Below, one piece after another: positions 1 through 14,217 of a stretch of DNA of 64,000 nt. Position numbers and translations under genes: made by a program. The notes under the pieces are model-generated. The model saw only the letters and a program-made list of their open reading frames with translations. It did no database searches and was not told the DNA's origin. The DNA comes from an uncultured Actinomycetota bacterium (GTDB lineage Bacteria; Actinomycetota; Actinomycetes; Mycobacteriales; Micromonosporaceae), in the NCBI GenBank assembly GCA_963740955.1, contig CAVUGC010000003.1, forward strand, positions 5,455-69,454. The letters run 5' to 3'. Within the stretch, counting starts at the first letter, position 1. The number at the start of each line of letters is the position of its first letter.

Positions 1-325
1 GAGCAGACGATCTTCGCGGGGGTGGCGACGTCGCAGGCCGGGTCTCGGTGGTGATGTCGAAGACGCCGTAGGGGTCGTCGAACACGAGCTCGGTGACGAC
101 GGCGTGCGTCGCGTGCGCCTTGGCTGGGGCGTATTCGACGGTCATCGAGCCGAGGAGGGTTTCGCCCGCGGTGACGGCGGCGCGAGGGCAGTGCGGCGAC
201 CGGGTCGCCTTCGATGCCGGGGATCGCGGCCGCGGCGGGGGCCGCGAAGCCGGCCGCGGCGAATCCGGCCGCTGTGGCGGCGAGCCGGCGCAAACCCGAC
301 GGGCCCTGGGGGAATCAGGGGACAT
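1..325 (-). CDS. 5' part of a putative secreted protein (runs off window start; apparent frameshifts)
   Basis: AGGAG RBS before ATG at 325; joined frames read MSPDSPRARRV..RRLAATAAGFAAAGFAAPAAAA (signal-peptide-like), then GETLLGSMTVEYAP..VVTELVFDDPYG. Confidence 0.45.
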   Translation of the reverse strand, partial: MSPDSPRARRVCAGSPPQRPDSPRPASRPPPRPRSPASKATRSPHCPRAAVTAGETLLGSMTVEYAPAKAHATHAVVTELVFDDPYGVFDITTETRPATSPPPRRSSA

Positions 326-456
326 GGGGCTCCTGTTCAGTTGGGCTGTGAGGTGGGGTTATGGGAGCCGGAAAGATCCAGTGCTGTTTACACGCGCACT
401 GGTGGAGACCGGTTGCAGCAGCGTTCACTTCGGAGCGGGCCCGGTTCGCCAAGATG

Positions 457-472
457 GCTACTAGTCAGTAAC
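457..472. promoter_or_regulatory. Palindromic operator-like site GCTACTAGTCAGTAAC upstream of the Fe-S oxidoreductase
   Basis: Imperfect 16-bp palindrome of type TTAC-N6-GTAA; similar sites at 54597-54612 and 54622-54637. Confidence 0.5.
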
Positions 473-513
473 ATGTATCGTGATCGGGAACACCGCACTG
501 CCGAGAGGTCGCC

Positions 514-2667
514 ATGGGAGTCGTCCAAATCGTCACGGCCACGGTCGCGTTCGCGTACACCGCGGTCGCCATCGGGCTGTTCGTCCGAGCCGGGCTCGGG
601 ATGCTCGGGCTCATCAGGCTCGGTACGCCCGACAAGACCCGGAAGGGCGACCGCGAGACGCGGGTCAAGACCATGCTGCGGGAGACCCTGGGGCACACCA
701 GGATGCTCCAGTGGACGTGGGTCGGTCTCGCGCACTGGGCGGTGTTCTTCGGGTTCTTCCTGCTGGCCCCGGCCCTCGCCCAGTCGTACTTCGAGGTCCT
801 CAACCCCGAGTGGGCGCTGCCGATCGTCGGGCACTGGGGGCCGTGGCTGCTGTTCTCGGAGATCCTCACCGTGCTCACGGGGCTGGCCATCCTCGCCCTC
901 TTCGGCATCCGGATGTTCGGGCAGCCGCGAGCGCACCGGGTGCCGCCGCAGGGCACCGCCTCGGACGCCGGGCAGCGGCGCTCGTCGTCCAGGTTCGAGG
1001 GCTCCCGGCAGTGGATGGCCTTCTACATCGAGGCGACGATCTTCACGATCGTCCTCTCCCACATGGCGGTCCGCGTCTTCAAGGTCTCGCTCGGCGAGGT
1101 CCCGGAGTGGTCCTCGCCGGTCTCGGCCCTCTTCGCGAACGGCCTGAGCGGCGCGTCCCACGACGCCCTGCTCAGCGCCATCACGCTCACCGCGGGGCTC
1201 GACATCCTCGTGTCGTGGACGTTCTTCCTCATGCTCGCGCTCATCCCGTCGATGGGCATCGGCTGGCACCGGGTGACGGCGTTCTTCAACATCTACTTCA
1301 AGCGCAACGCGGACGGCGCGGTCTCGCTCGGCGCGGCCAAGCCCATGCTCATCGACGGCGAGCCCGCCGACTTCGAGACCGCCGACCCCGAGACGCAGCC
1401 GTTCGGCGTCGCCACGATCGCCGACTTCTCGTGGAAGGGCCTGCTCGACTTCTCCACGTGCACCGAATGCGGCCGCTGCCAGTCGCAGTGCCCCGCATGG
1501 AACACCGGCAAGCCGCTCTCGCCGAAGAAGCTCATCACCGACCTGCGCGACCACCTGTACGAGCAGGCGCCGTACCTCAAGGCGGCCTCGCTCGCGGCCG
1601 AGCGCGGCGGTGAGCCCGACCCGCACGAGAAGATCAACATCATCGGCTCGGTGATCGACCCCGACGTGCTGTGGGCGTGCACCACCTGCGGTGCGTGCGT
1701 GGAGCAGTGCCCGGTCGACATCGAGCACGTCGACCCCATCCTGGACCTGCGCCGGAACATGGTGATGATGGAGTCGGACTTCCCCGACGAGGCGCAGACC
1801 ATGCTCCGCAACCTCGAGAACAAGGGCAACCCGTGGGGCGAGAACCCGGCCCACCGCCTCAAGTGGGCCGAGCCGCTCGACTTCGAGGTGCCGATCGCCG
1901 AGGCCGGCGGCGACTGGGAGTACCTGTACTGGGTCGGCTGCGCGGGGGCCTACGACCCCAAGGCGCAGAAGACCTCTCGTGCGGTGGCGACGCTGCTGCA
2001 CGACGCGGGCGTGAAGTTCGCGGTCCTCGGCGAGGCCGAGACCTGCACGGGCGACTCGGCGCGGCGCATCGGGCACGAGTTCATGTACCAGATGCTCGCC
2101 GAGCAGAACGTCGAGACGCTGAACGAGGTCGGCGCGGTGAAGATCGTCGCGACCTGCCCGCACTGCCTCAACACCATCGGCAACGAGTACGAGGACCTCG
2201 GCGGCAAGTACGAGGTCGTGCACCACACCGAGCTGCTGAACGACCTGGTGAACGCCGGGAAGATCACGCCAGTGGAGGAGCACGAGGGCAAGCTGACCTA
2301 CCACGACCCCTGCTACCTGGGGCGGCACAACCGGATCTTCACGCCGCCAAGGGAACTGCTCGGTTCGTTCGCGGAGATCACGGAGATGCCGCGCACCGAG
2401 GAGCGCTCGTTCTGCTGCGGCGCGGGCGGGGCCCGGATGTGGCTCGAGGAGCCGATCGGCAAGCGCGTCAACCGGGAGCGCGCCGACGAGGCGGTGGCGA
2501 CCGGCGCGAAGACGGTGGCCGTGGGCTGCCCGTTCTGCTCCACGATGCTGCGCGACGGCGTCAACGACGCGGGCCGAGAAGACGTCGAGGTCATCGACAT
2601 CGCCCAGTTGCTGGCAAGGACGCAGGAGAAGCGGGCGGAAGCGGCGGCCGCCGCTGCGGTCGAGTAA
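514..2667 (+). CDS. Membrane-bound (Fe-S)-binding oxidoreductase, HdrD/FadF/EtfD-like
   Basis: N-terminal TM helices; two ferredoxin motifs CTECGRCQSQCP and CTTCGACVEQCP; CCG domains (YWVGC, ETCTGD, ATCPHC, YHDPCYLGR, FCCGAGG, GCPFC). Confidence 0.92.
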   Translation: MGVVQIVTATVAFAYTAVAIGLFVRAGLGMLGLIRLGTPDKTRKGDRETRVKTMLRETLGHTRMLQWTWVGLAHWAVFFGFFLLAPALAQSYFEVLNPEWALPIVGHWGPWLLFSEILTVLTGLAILALFGIRMFGQPRAHRVPPQGTASDAGQRRSSSRFEGSRQWMAFYIEATIFTIVLSHMAVRVFKVSLGEVPEWSSPVSALFANGLSGASHDALLSAITLTAGLDILVSWTFFLMLALIPSMGIGWHRVTAFFNIYFKRNADGAVSLGAAKPMLIDGEPADFETADPETQPFGVATIADFSWKGLLDFSTCTECGRCQSQCPAWNTGKPLSPKKLITDLRDHLYEQAPYLKAASLAAERGGEPDPHEKINIIGSVIDPDVLWACTTCGACVEQCPVDIEHVDPILDLRRNMVMMESDFPDEAQTMLRNLENKGNPWGENPAHRLKWAEPLDFEVPIAEAGGDWEYLYWVGCAGAYDPKAQKTSRAVATLLHDAGVKFAVLGEAETCTGDSARRIGHEFMYQMLAEQNVETLNEVGAVKIVATCPHCLNTIGNEYEDLGGKYEVVHHTELLNDLVNAGKITPVEEHEGKLTYHDPCYLGRHNRIFTPPRELLGSFAEITEMPRTEERSFCCGAGGARMWLEEPIGKRVNRERADEAVATGAKTVAVGCPFCSTMLRDGVNDAGREDVEVIDIAQLLARTQEKRAEAAAAAAVE

Positions 2668-2712
2668 ACGGCGAGGCGACAGGGCGGACGGGTTCCCGTG
2701 CCGCCCTTTCGC

Positions 2713-3297
2713 TTACCGGCCGAAGTACGCTCGGAGCAATGCCGCGGATTCGGCTTCCAGGACGCCGCCGTAGACGTCGGGGTTGTGGTTGAGGCGCGGG
2801 TCGCGCACGACGTCCCACAGGGAGCCGACCGCGCCGGTCTTCGGTTCCCAAGCGCCGAACACGATTTCACCCACTCGGGCGAGCACGGCCGCGCCCGCGC
2901 ACATCGTGCACGGCTCCAACGTGACCACGAGCGTGCATTTTTCGAGCCGCCAGCCGTCCCCGTGGAGGGCCGCCGCCTCGCGCAGCGCGATCACCTCGGC
3001 GTGCGCGGTCGGGTCGCCCAGGGCCTCACGGGCATTGGCGGCCGCGGCGAGTTCGCGCCCGTCGGGGCCGATGACGACGGCGCCCACGGGCAGGTCGGGG
3101 CGACGCGCGTCACCGTGCGCAAGGGTCGTCGAGGGGCGTTGTCGGCGTGCGGAATGGCGGGAATGGCCGGCGACGCGTCGGCCGGGTGTGCCGGGTCGCC
3201 CGGCCGGGGCGGCGCGGTCCGCCGGGAGGCCTCCGGTGCGCGCGACCTCAAGGGCGCGCCGCATCCAGCGCTCGTGGACCTCGCGGCGGGACTGCAT
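2713..3297 (-). CDS. tadA: tRNA-specific adenosine deaminase (with ~45-aa N-terminal insertion)
   Basis: PVGAV, DPTAHAE, TLEPCTMCAGA, GAWEPKTGAVGS motifs. Confidence 0.9.
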   Translation of the reverse strand: MQSRREVHERWMRRALEVARTGGLPADRAAPAGRPGTPGRRVAGHSRHSARRQRPSTTLAHGDARRPDLPVGAVVIGPDGRELAAAANAREALGDPTAHAEVIALREAAALHGDGWRLEKCTLVVTLEPCTMCAGAAVLARVGEIVFGAWEPKTGAVGSLWDVVRDPRLNHNPDVYGGVLEAESAALLRAYFGR

Positions 3298-3314
3298 GGT
3301 CGGGGCTCAGGGGG

Positions 3315-3842
3315 CTAGGAGCCGGTGGCGTCTTCCAGGGCCTCGGTGAAGCCGATGGACTTGGCGACCTCGGCGACCACGTCGGAGGGCATCATGCCCT
3401 CCTTGGCGCACAGGGCCAGCAGGGTCGAACCGGGCACGCCCAGGTCGCCCAGCACGTCCGCCTCGCCCACGGGCTCGGCGTCGAGCTCGGTCGGGCGGGC
3501 CGAGATCGACTCCTCGTCCTCGGTGTCGATCTCCTCGGTGTCCTCGGGCTCGAGGTCGCCCAAGAGGGCCTCGCCCAGGCGCGACTGCGAAGCGTATTCG
3601 GCGTCAGAGCCGAAGGTGCGCAGGTCGTCGCCGTTGTCGAGGCGCATCACCGTCAGGTACTCGTCGTCGGCGTCGACGAACAGCAGCGTCAGGTCGGCGT
3701 CAGGGAAAGCCTCACGCATGACCTCGGCCGCGTCCTCGACGTCGGCAACAGCGTCGAGGTCGACCTCCGAGGCCTCCCACTCGTCGCCCTCGCGGCCCAC
3801 AGCCACAGCGAAATACGACACGATCCGTCCCCGTCTTCTCAT
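3315..3842 (-). CDS. tRNA adenosine deaminase-associated acidic protein (true start probably the GTG near 3821)
   Basis: SYFAVAV..W..EVDL, PVGEADVLGDLG, EGMMPSDVV; typical position just upstream of tadA in actinomycetes. Confidence 0.75.
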   Translation of the reverse strand: MRRRGRIVSYFAVAVGREGDEWEASEVDLDAVADVEDAAEVMREAFPDADLTLLFVDADDEYLTVMRLDNGDDLRTFGSDAEYASQSRLGEALLGDLEPEDTEEIDTEDEESISARPTELDAEPVGEADVLGDLGVPGSTLLALCAKEGMMPSDVVAEVAKSIGFTEALEDATGS

Positions 3843-4303
3843 TCAATGGAACCTGCGGCCCGATAGGGCAGCCGTTCGATACGACCTACTGAAGGATGTG
3901 GCGACCTGCGGTTGATGTAACCACAGGATCCAATCGCCGGTCAGCAAAAGATACAGCTCGCATGAGAGCCCTGTGACCCCAGCGGCCGTCCCTGCGACCG
4001 CCGCTACGCCGACCGCGGCCCCGCGGTCACCGTAGCGCGCCAGCAGCGCTGCGGCGACCGCCCCGATCGTACTCGCGGCCAAAGTCACCCAGGCGAAGCC
4101 CGCCGCGGTCGGGGCCGCTCGCCAGTGCTTCTGGCGTACGCCAAGAGCCACAGGAGCACCCACAGGCCGGAGAGGGCCGAGCCGGCCGCTACAGGGCCGA
4201 CGCGGACCGGATGGGGCTCCCTCCAGCGCGGCCTGCCCGAGCGCGGCGGGGGCGCTCTCGGGAGGCCGGTCCAGGAGGTGGGCCCGATGGGTCCCTCATG
4301 CAT
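3843..4303 (-). CDS. Small membrane protein (frameshifted near 4120)
   Basis: WREPHPVRVGPVAAG-TM in one frame, then AWVTLAA..LARYGDRGAAVGVA..TGDWILW in another; ATG overlaps the PrsW stop. Confidence 0.55.
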
Positions 4304-5655
4304 AAGTGACAGGGTACGCAGGCGGCGGCGCCAGCGGTAGCGGCATCACCGGCTGCGCGGGCGCTTCGACCGGCCGGGTCTGGCCGTCGGGGAACGTGAT
4401 GTGGTACCTGGCGGCCGTCCCAGAGGGCGGGGGGCGTGCACGGGTCGGCGCCGGCGTAGACGGCGCGGGCGGCGTGCATGCGGTGCACGGCGTGCTCGAT
4501 GAGGCGCTCGTCCCAGGGCCGCCCGATGCGACGCCAGGTCGTACTGCTCGGCGACATCGGAGGCGGCCCGCTGGAAGTCCTTCATGGCGGCCTCGCCGCG
4601 CTTCCCGGCGAAGCGGTGGGCCCAGGCGCGGGCCGCGGCGCGGCGGGAGAACGACGCGAGGGACGCCAGTTCGGGCGGCGAGACCTGCCCGGCGGCCACC
4701 ATCGGGGCGAGCGCGGTCTGCGTGCGGCGGGCGTCGGCGGCGCGCAGCCACAGGGCCGCGCCGACCATGGTGAAGAACAGGGGCGCGAGGAACGCCGGGT
4801 AGAGCGCGAACCACAGCGCGGGCATGTCGAGCTTGACGCCGAGCACGGAGGAGCCGTTCCACAGGGCGTGGAGTCCCATGCCGCACAGGAGCATCCCGAT
4901 GATCCAGAGGGTCTGGAGGCCCTTGCGCCGGGGCTTGCGGGCGGCGCTGCCGAGGCCGATCGCGGAGAGGCCGGTCATGAGCGGGTGGGCGAACATGGTG
5001 GCGAGGCCGCGCACGACGATCGAGCAGCGTGACCTGTGCGATCCCGGCGGCGGCGTCGAGGGACTCGGCGCCGTACAGGTAGGCGCCGGAGGCGTAGAGG
5101 ACGTTCTCGGCGACGCGCGAACCCGGCGCCGGCGAGTCCGCAGTAGACGAGGGCGTCGAGGGTGCCGGTGAGGTGGCGGCGGGCGAACCAGTAGACCAGG
5201 AGCGGGCCGAGGAGCTTCGTGATCTCCTCGATCACGGGGGCGGAGACGACGGCGGCGAGGTTCTGGTCGAGTCGTTCTTCGCGAGCAGGACCGCCGCGCC
5301 GGTGTTGACGGCGAGGGAGATGCGCGGTCGAGACGCACGCGCCCCAGCCGAAGCAGAACGCGAGCACGAGCCAGGGGCGGCGCCGGTAGCGCCCGAGCCA
5401 CAGGAACGTGCCGACGAGGATCGGGGCGGGCAGGATCGCCGCGGCGAGGCCGACGGCGGCGGCGCGGGCGCCCGCGCCTTCGACGATGGCCCAGGCGAGG
5501 ACGGTGGCGCCGCCCGCGAAGAGCAGCAGCGTGCCGGCGATGAGGACGGCCGCTGGCTTTGCGGGCCAGGCCGATCCAGGCGAGCGCGATGCCGCCGAGC
5601 GCGAGGATGCCGGCGGCGGCGAGGATCGCCTGGCCGCGGTGGTGCTGAGGTTCAT
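4296..5655 (-). CDS. PrsW-family intramembrane metalloprotease (several apparent frameshifts)
   Basis: APVIEEITK, CGLAGAGF..ENV, FAHPLMT, LHALWN motifs spread over frames; Pro-rich C-terminal tail ending at 4296; ATGA overlap with the STAS gene. Confidence 0.8.
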
Positions 5656-6096
5656 CGCAGAGGGCTCCTGACGGGGCCGTCGGGCCGGGGCGGCCGTAGC
5701 TCTGGCCGCTGTCGGTGCCGGTCTCCTCGATGTCGCTGAGGCCCGAGTCCGGGGCCGCGGGGGTTTCCGGGCTCGGGTTCGCGGATGACGAAGTGCTCGC
5801 CGATGCCGGAGACGGCGAGGAGGCGTTTGAGGAAGTCGCCGAGGTTCGCGAGGACGAGCACGGCCCTGGCGCGGGCCGCCGCGCGCGCGAGGATGACGAG
5901 CGTGCCCAGGCCCCGCGAGTCGCAGAACGTCACGCCGCGCATGTCGAGGACGACCCGGACGGGGTCCTCCGCGAGCGCGGCGTCGACGGCCGCGGACAAG
6001 CCGGGGCGCAGTGTGCAGGTCGATTTCGCCGGTCAGCACCACGATCGTCTCGTTCGCCTCGCGGTATACCGAGATGTCGAGCTTTTGGTGCACCAC
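5652..6096 (-). CDS. STAS-domain anti-sigma-factor antagonist (frameshift near 6000)
   Basis: VVLTGEIDLHTAPRL then VVLDMRGVTFCDSRGLGTLV (phosphorylatable Ser motif). Confidence 0.85.
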
Positions 6097-6198
6097 GCGG
6101 TCAACCCTAACCGGTTTCCCGCCGAGACAGCAGCCCCGGCGGCCGATTCAACGCGAAACCTTGCCCCACTTACGCTTCGAACACCGCCACCCCACCGA

Positions 6199-6263
6199 TG
6201 TCACACCCTCGAGTCAGGGTTTAGACCGGGGGCCCGAGCGGAGCCCGAACCTCTTCAGCATGC
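6199..6263 (+). repeat. Intergenic TGTC..GGGGGCCC repeat family, copy 1 (tandem with copy 2)
   Basis: TGTCAC-ACCCTCGAGT-CAGGGT-TTAGA-CCGGGGGCCC-GAGCGGAGCCCGAACCTCTTCAGCATGC. Confidence 0.85.
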
Positions 6264-6294
6264 CGTTCGGCGGCCCGGGCAGTCCGGCCGGCGA

Positions 6295-6358
6295 TGTCGG
6301 ACCCTCGTGTCAGGGTTAGACCGGGGGCCCGAGCGGAGGCCGAACCTCTTCAGCATGC
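6295..6358 (+). repeat. Repeat family copy 2
   Basis: TGTCGG-ACCCTCGTGT-CAGGGT-TAGA-CCGGGGGCCC-GAGCGGAGGCCGAACCTCTTCAGCATGC; starts 96 bp after copy 1. Confidence 0.85.
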
Positions 6359-6375
6359 GCCAGGCCGGGACGGCG

Positions 6376-6926
6376 CTAGGCCTGACCGGGCTCCAGGAGC
6401 TCGATGATCCGGTCGATCTCGGGGTCCGCGTCGCGGCCCTCCTGCCAGGAGGCGAGCGCGTCGCGCACCTGGTCGAGGCGCCGCGTCAGGAGCCCTTCGC
6501 GTTCGCGAAGGTCCTTCGTGCGCTCGGAGGTCTGGCGCAGCGCCTGCCCCTGGGCCCACAGGTCGATGAAGACCTTCACCTTCGTGCGCAGCATCCACGG
6601 GTCGAACGGCTTCGTGATGTAGTCGACCGCGCCCACCGAATACCCGCGCATCGCCAGGTGCGCGTCCCGGTCGGCCGCCGTCAGGAAGATGATCGGCGTG
6701 TGCCGCGTCTTCTCGCGCTGCTTGATGTGCCGCGCGGTCTCGAACCCGTCCATCCCGGGCATCTGCGCGTCCAGCAGGATCGCCGCGTAATCCTCCGACA
6801 GGAGCCGCTTCAAAGCCTCCTCGCCGGAGGTGACCGCGATCGTGTTCACCGGCAGCCCTTGGAGGATGGCCTCGAGAGCGAGGAGATTCTCGGAACGGTC
6901 GTCAACGAGCAGGACGCGGGCGGTGC

Positions 6927-6930
<4 letters not shown>
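6376..6930 (-). CDS. Response regulator with receiver domain and coiled-coil tail (OsaB-like)
   Basis: VLLVDD, LLDAQMPGMDGFE, TPIIFLTA, DYITKPFDP; ATG overlaps the kinase stop. Confidence 0.9.
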
Positions 6931-11381
<4,451 letters not shown>

Positions 11382-11620
11382 GGCGTGGTTCCTCAGCTGC
11401 GGAGACAGGCTTGCCTAACAGGTTGTCACATGAACCGGGCAAACGTGAAGGCAGGTTACTGAGGGCATTGTGCTCGGTCACGCCACGTTAGTGAAAGAAA
11501 ACTGACAGAACATCGCAACCGGTGTCTTCTGTGATGCGTGTGCACTGTTGCAGCGCTCCCGCGGTGCAGTGGAGACCGCGGGCGCGCCGCACCCCGATCG
11601 AAGATGTCCATAGGAGCACC

Positions 11621-12019
11621 ATGCCCACCCCCAACGGCCTGCGCATGGCCGCGGCGGCCCTCACCCTCGCGGCCGGCACCCCCGCGTTCGCGCAGACCGA
11701 GGCCCCGGCGACCGACGCCACCGGCGGCTCCGCGATCGTCCTGGTCGCCTCGGCGGCCGCCATGCTGCTCGCCGGCACCGTCGTGTTCCTCCTCATGCGC
11801 CGCCGCCGGCAAGCCGGGAGTGAGCAGTATCCAGATCCTGTGACCTACGAGCGCGCCCGGACCTTGCGGCGGCCGCCCCGCCCGGGCGGCCGCCGCTTCG
11901 CGTTCACCCTGCCGCCCAATGCCACCGCACCCCACCCGACCCGCAGGTCCACGCCGCTCCACGCGCGCCGACGCGGTGCCGCGGACAGCGGCCCGACGGG
12001 CATAGACTGGTGCCCGTGA
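11621..12019 (+). CDS. Small putative exported/membrane-anchored protein
   Basis: AGGAG RBS; signal peptide ending in AFA, short linker, TM helix and RRRR; TGA overlaps the GTG of the next gene. Confidence 0.5.
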   Translation: MPTPNGLRMAAAALTLAAGTPAFAQTEAPATDATGGSAIVLVASAAAMLLAGTVVFLLMRRRRQAGSEQYPDPVTYERARTLRRPPRPGGRRFAFTLPPNATAPHPTRRSTPLHARRRGAADSGPTGIDWCP

Positions 12020-14049
12020 CGTACCCCGAGAGGTTCGCCCGGCGCCTCCGGCTCCCGGCCGACGACCGCTCCCCCGCCGCCGCCCGCGCCGCCGTGCGCG
12101 CGGTCCTGGCCGAGGCCGGGCTCACCGAGCTGCTCGACGAGACCCTGCTGCTCACCACCGAGCTCGCCACCAACGGCGTCGTCCACGCCGGCACCGACAT
12201 CAACCTCACGGTCGCCGCCGACCCGATCGGCGTGCGCGTCACCGTCACCGACTACCGCTCCGGCGGCATCGACCCCCTCGACACCGCGATGCCCGAGGTC
12301 ACCGCCGAAGGCGGCCGCGGCCTCCTCCTCGTCGACCGCTTCGCGTCCTCCTGGGGCACCACCCACGACGCGACCGGCAAGTCGATCTGGTTCCGCATCG
12401 ACCGCGACCCGGACGCCCGGCCCGCCACCCGCCCCGACCCGGACGCCGACACCGAGGCCGCCCTCCCCGACCTGAGCCAGCTCGCCGCCCTCCTCACCGT
12501 CGCCCCCGTGCTCCAGTCCCGCCTCCCGGTCGACCAGATCATCACCGAACTGCTCGCCCGCTGCCACGACGCCACGGCCGCGGCCGGCGGCGCCATCGAA
12601 TACGACGCCGGCGACGGCACCGGAACCCAGATCCTCGCCAAGTTCGGCGACGTCGGCAACGTCGCCGTCGCCGTCGCCGTCCCGCTCCCGCTCACCGCCC
12701 CCGCCTGCGGCAAGCTCCTCCTCGCCGGCGACCCCGAGCCGAGCTGGCGCCCGCTCGCCGAACTCGTCGCCGAACGCATCGCGCTGGCCGTCCAGATCGA
12801 CCGCATGCGCACCGACGAGCAGCGCCGCTCCGGCTGGCTCACCTACCTCGCCGAGGCCGGCGAACTGCTCGCCCACTCCCTCGAAGAGCACCTCACCGTC
12901 GCGCTCATCCCGCAGCTCATCGTGCCCCAGCTCGGCCGCTGGGCCGCCGTGCACCTCACCGGCGACGGTGTCGACCTGCGCCTCGCGGCCCTCACCCACG
13001 CCGAAGAGTCCGAGCTGGAGCACCTGCGGCTCAAGCTCGACAGCGCCGCCCCGGCCCTCGCCGCCGCGCTCGCCACCGACGGCTGGACCGGCATGGAACT
13101 GCCCGTGCCCAGGGGCCTCGACGGCATCGCCGTGCCGCTGTCGGCCCGCGGGGCCACCATCGGCGTCCTCACGGTCGGGCGCCACATCGAACGCCAGCAC
13201 TCCTCGGAGGAGCGCGCGGTCGTCGCCGACCTCGCCAAGCGCAGTGCGCTCGCCCTCGACAACGCCCGCATCCACGCCGAACGCCAGGCCGTGGCCAACG
13301 AACTCCAGGCGGCCCTCATGCCGGGCTCGCTCCCGGACGTCGCCGGCGTCTCCTTCGCCGCCGAGTACCTGCCCGCCACCGCGCGGCGCCTGCCCGGGTC
13401 CGGCCCCGGCCCGGTCATCGGCACCGAGGTCGGCGGGGACTTCTACGACGCGACCGAACTGCCCGACCACCGCCTGTGGGTGGCCATCGGCGACGTGTGC
13501 GGCAAGGGCGCGCAGGCCGCGGCGGTCACCGGCGTCGTGCGCGACGTCCTGCGGGTCATGGCCCGCGACGGACGCCCGCTGCCGCGCGCGCTCGAACTGC
13601 TCAACGCCACACTGCTCGAGCAGCCCGGCGACATGCGCTACGCGACCATCGCCTCCGCCCTGCTCGAACGGGGCGACACCGGGTCGCTCACCGCGACCCT
13701 GTGCCTGTCGGGCCACGAGAAGCCGCTGCTGCTGCGCGGCGACGGCGAGACGGCCTGGGTCGGGCGCGAAGGCACCGCCGTCGGGCTCTTCCCCGACGTG
13801 AAGGTCAACCCCGTCGAGGTGCGCCTCGAGCCCGGCGACGCCCTCGTGTTCTTCACCGACGGCGTCACCGAGCGCCGCGACGGCGCGGCCATGTACGGCC
13901 ACGAGCGCATCGAACGGGCCGTGCGCGACGCGGCGGGCAAGGGCGCCAGGCAGATCGCCACGGCCCTCCTGGAGAGCGTCGAGGCGTTCTCCCCCGAGTC
14001 GCCCCGCGACGACATCGCGATCCTCGTGGTCCGCTGCGACCCGAGCTAG
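12016..14049 (+). CDS. HATPase(RsbW-like)-GAF-SpoIIE/PP2C phosphatase (OsaC-like)
   Basis: ELATNGVVH and EGGRGLLLV (anti-sigma kinase-like); LALDNARI (GAF); VGGDFYD, IGDVCGKG, FTDGVTE, DDIAIL (PP2C); divergent from the osaA/osaB-like genes. Confidence 0.92.
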   Translation: MTYPERFARRLRLPADDRSPAAARAAVRAVLAEAGLTELLDETLLLTTELATNGVVHAGTDINLTVAADPIGVRVTVTDYRSGGIDPLDTAMPEVTAEGGRGLLLVDRFASSWGTTHDATGKSIWFRIDRDPDARPATRPDPDADTEAALPDLSQLAALLTVAPVLQSRLPVDQIITELLARCHDATAAAGGAIEYDAGDGTGTQILAKFGDVGNVAVAVAVPLPLTAPACGKLLLAGDPEPSWRPLAELVAERIALAVQIDRMRTDEQRRSGWLTYLAEAGELLAHSLEEHLTVALIPQLIVPQLGRWAAVHLTGDGVDLRLAALTHAEESELEHLRLKLDSAAPALAAALATDGWTGMELPVPRGLDGIAVPLSARGATIGVLTVGRHIERQHSSEERAVVADLAKRSALALDNARIHAERQAVANELQAALMPGSLPDVAGVSFAAEYLPATARRLPGSGPGPVIGTEVGGDFYDATELPDHRLWVAIGDVCGKGAQAAAVTGVVRDVLRVMARDGRPLPRALELLNATLLEQPGDMRYATIASALLERGDTGSLTATLCLSGHEKPLLLRGDGETAWVGREGTAVGLFPDVKVNPVEVRLEPGDALVFFTDGVTERRDGAAMYGHERIERAVRDAAGKGARQIATALLESVEAFSPESPRDDIAILVVRCDPS

Positions 14050-14172
14050 GCATCGCAGGCGCTGACGCCACCGCGGCGACCGTCCCGGTCTTCCCCGCGA
14101 CGTGACCTCGCGAAGCGCCGAAGGCCCCACTGACGGTCGTGGGCCTCCCCGAGCACCCGCGCCAGAACGAGC

Positions 14173-14202
14173 AAGGCCCCGCGAGATCACTCGCGGGGCC
14201 TT
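14173..14202. terminator. Bidirectional hairpin between convergent genes
   Basis: AAGGCCCCGCGAG-ATCA-CTCGCGGGGCCTT perfect stem. Confidence 0.75.
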
Positions 14203-14217
14203 CGCAGTCGCAGGGCA

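Noticed and set aside
6199-6358. Tandem repeats as a mini CRISPR array
   Set aside because: Only two units, the would-be spacers are largely identical, and there are no cas genes; the same applies to 16021-16183.
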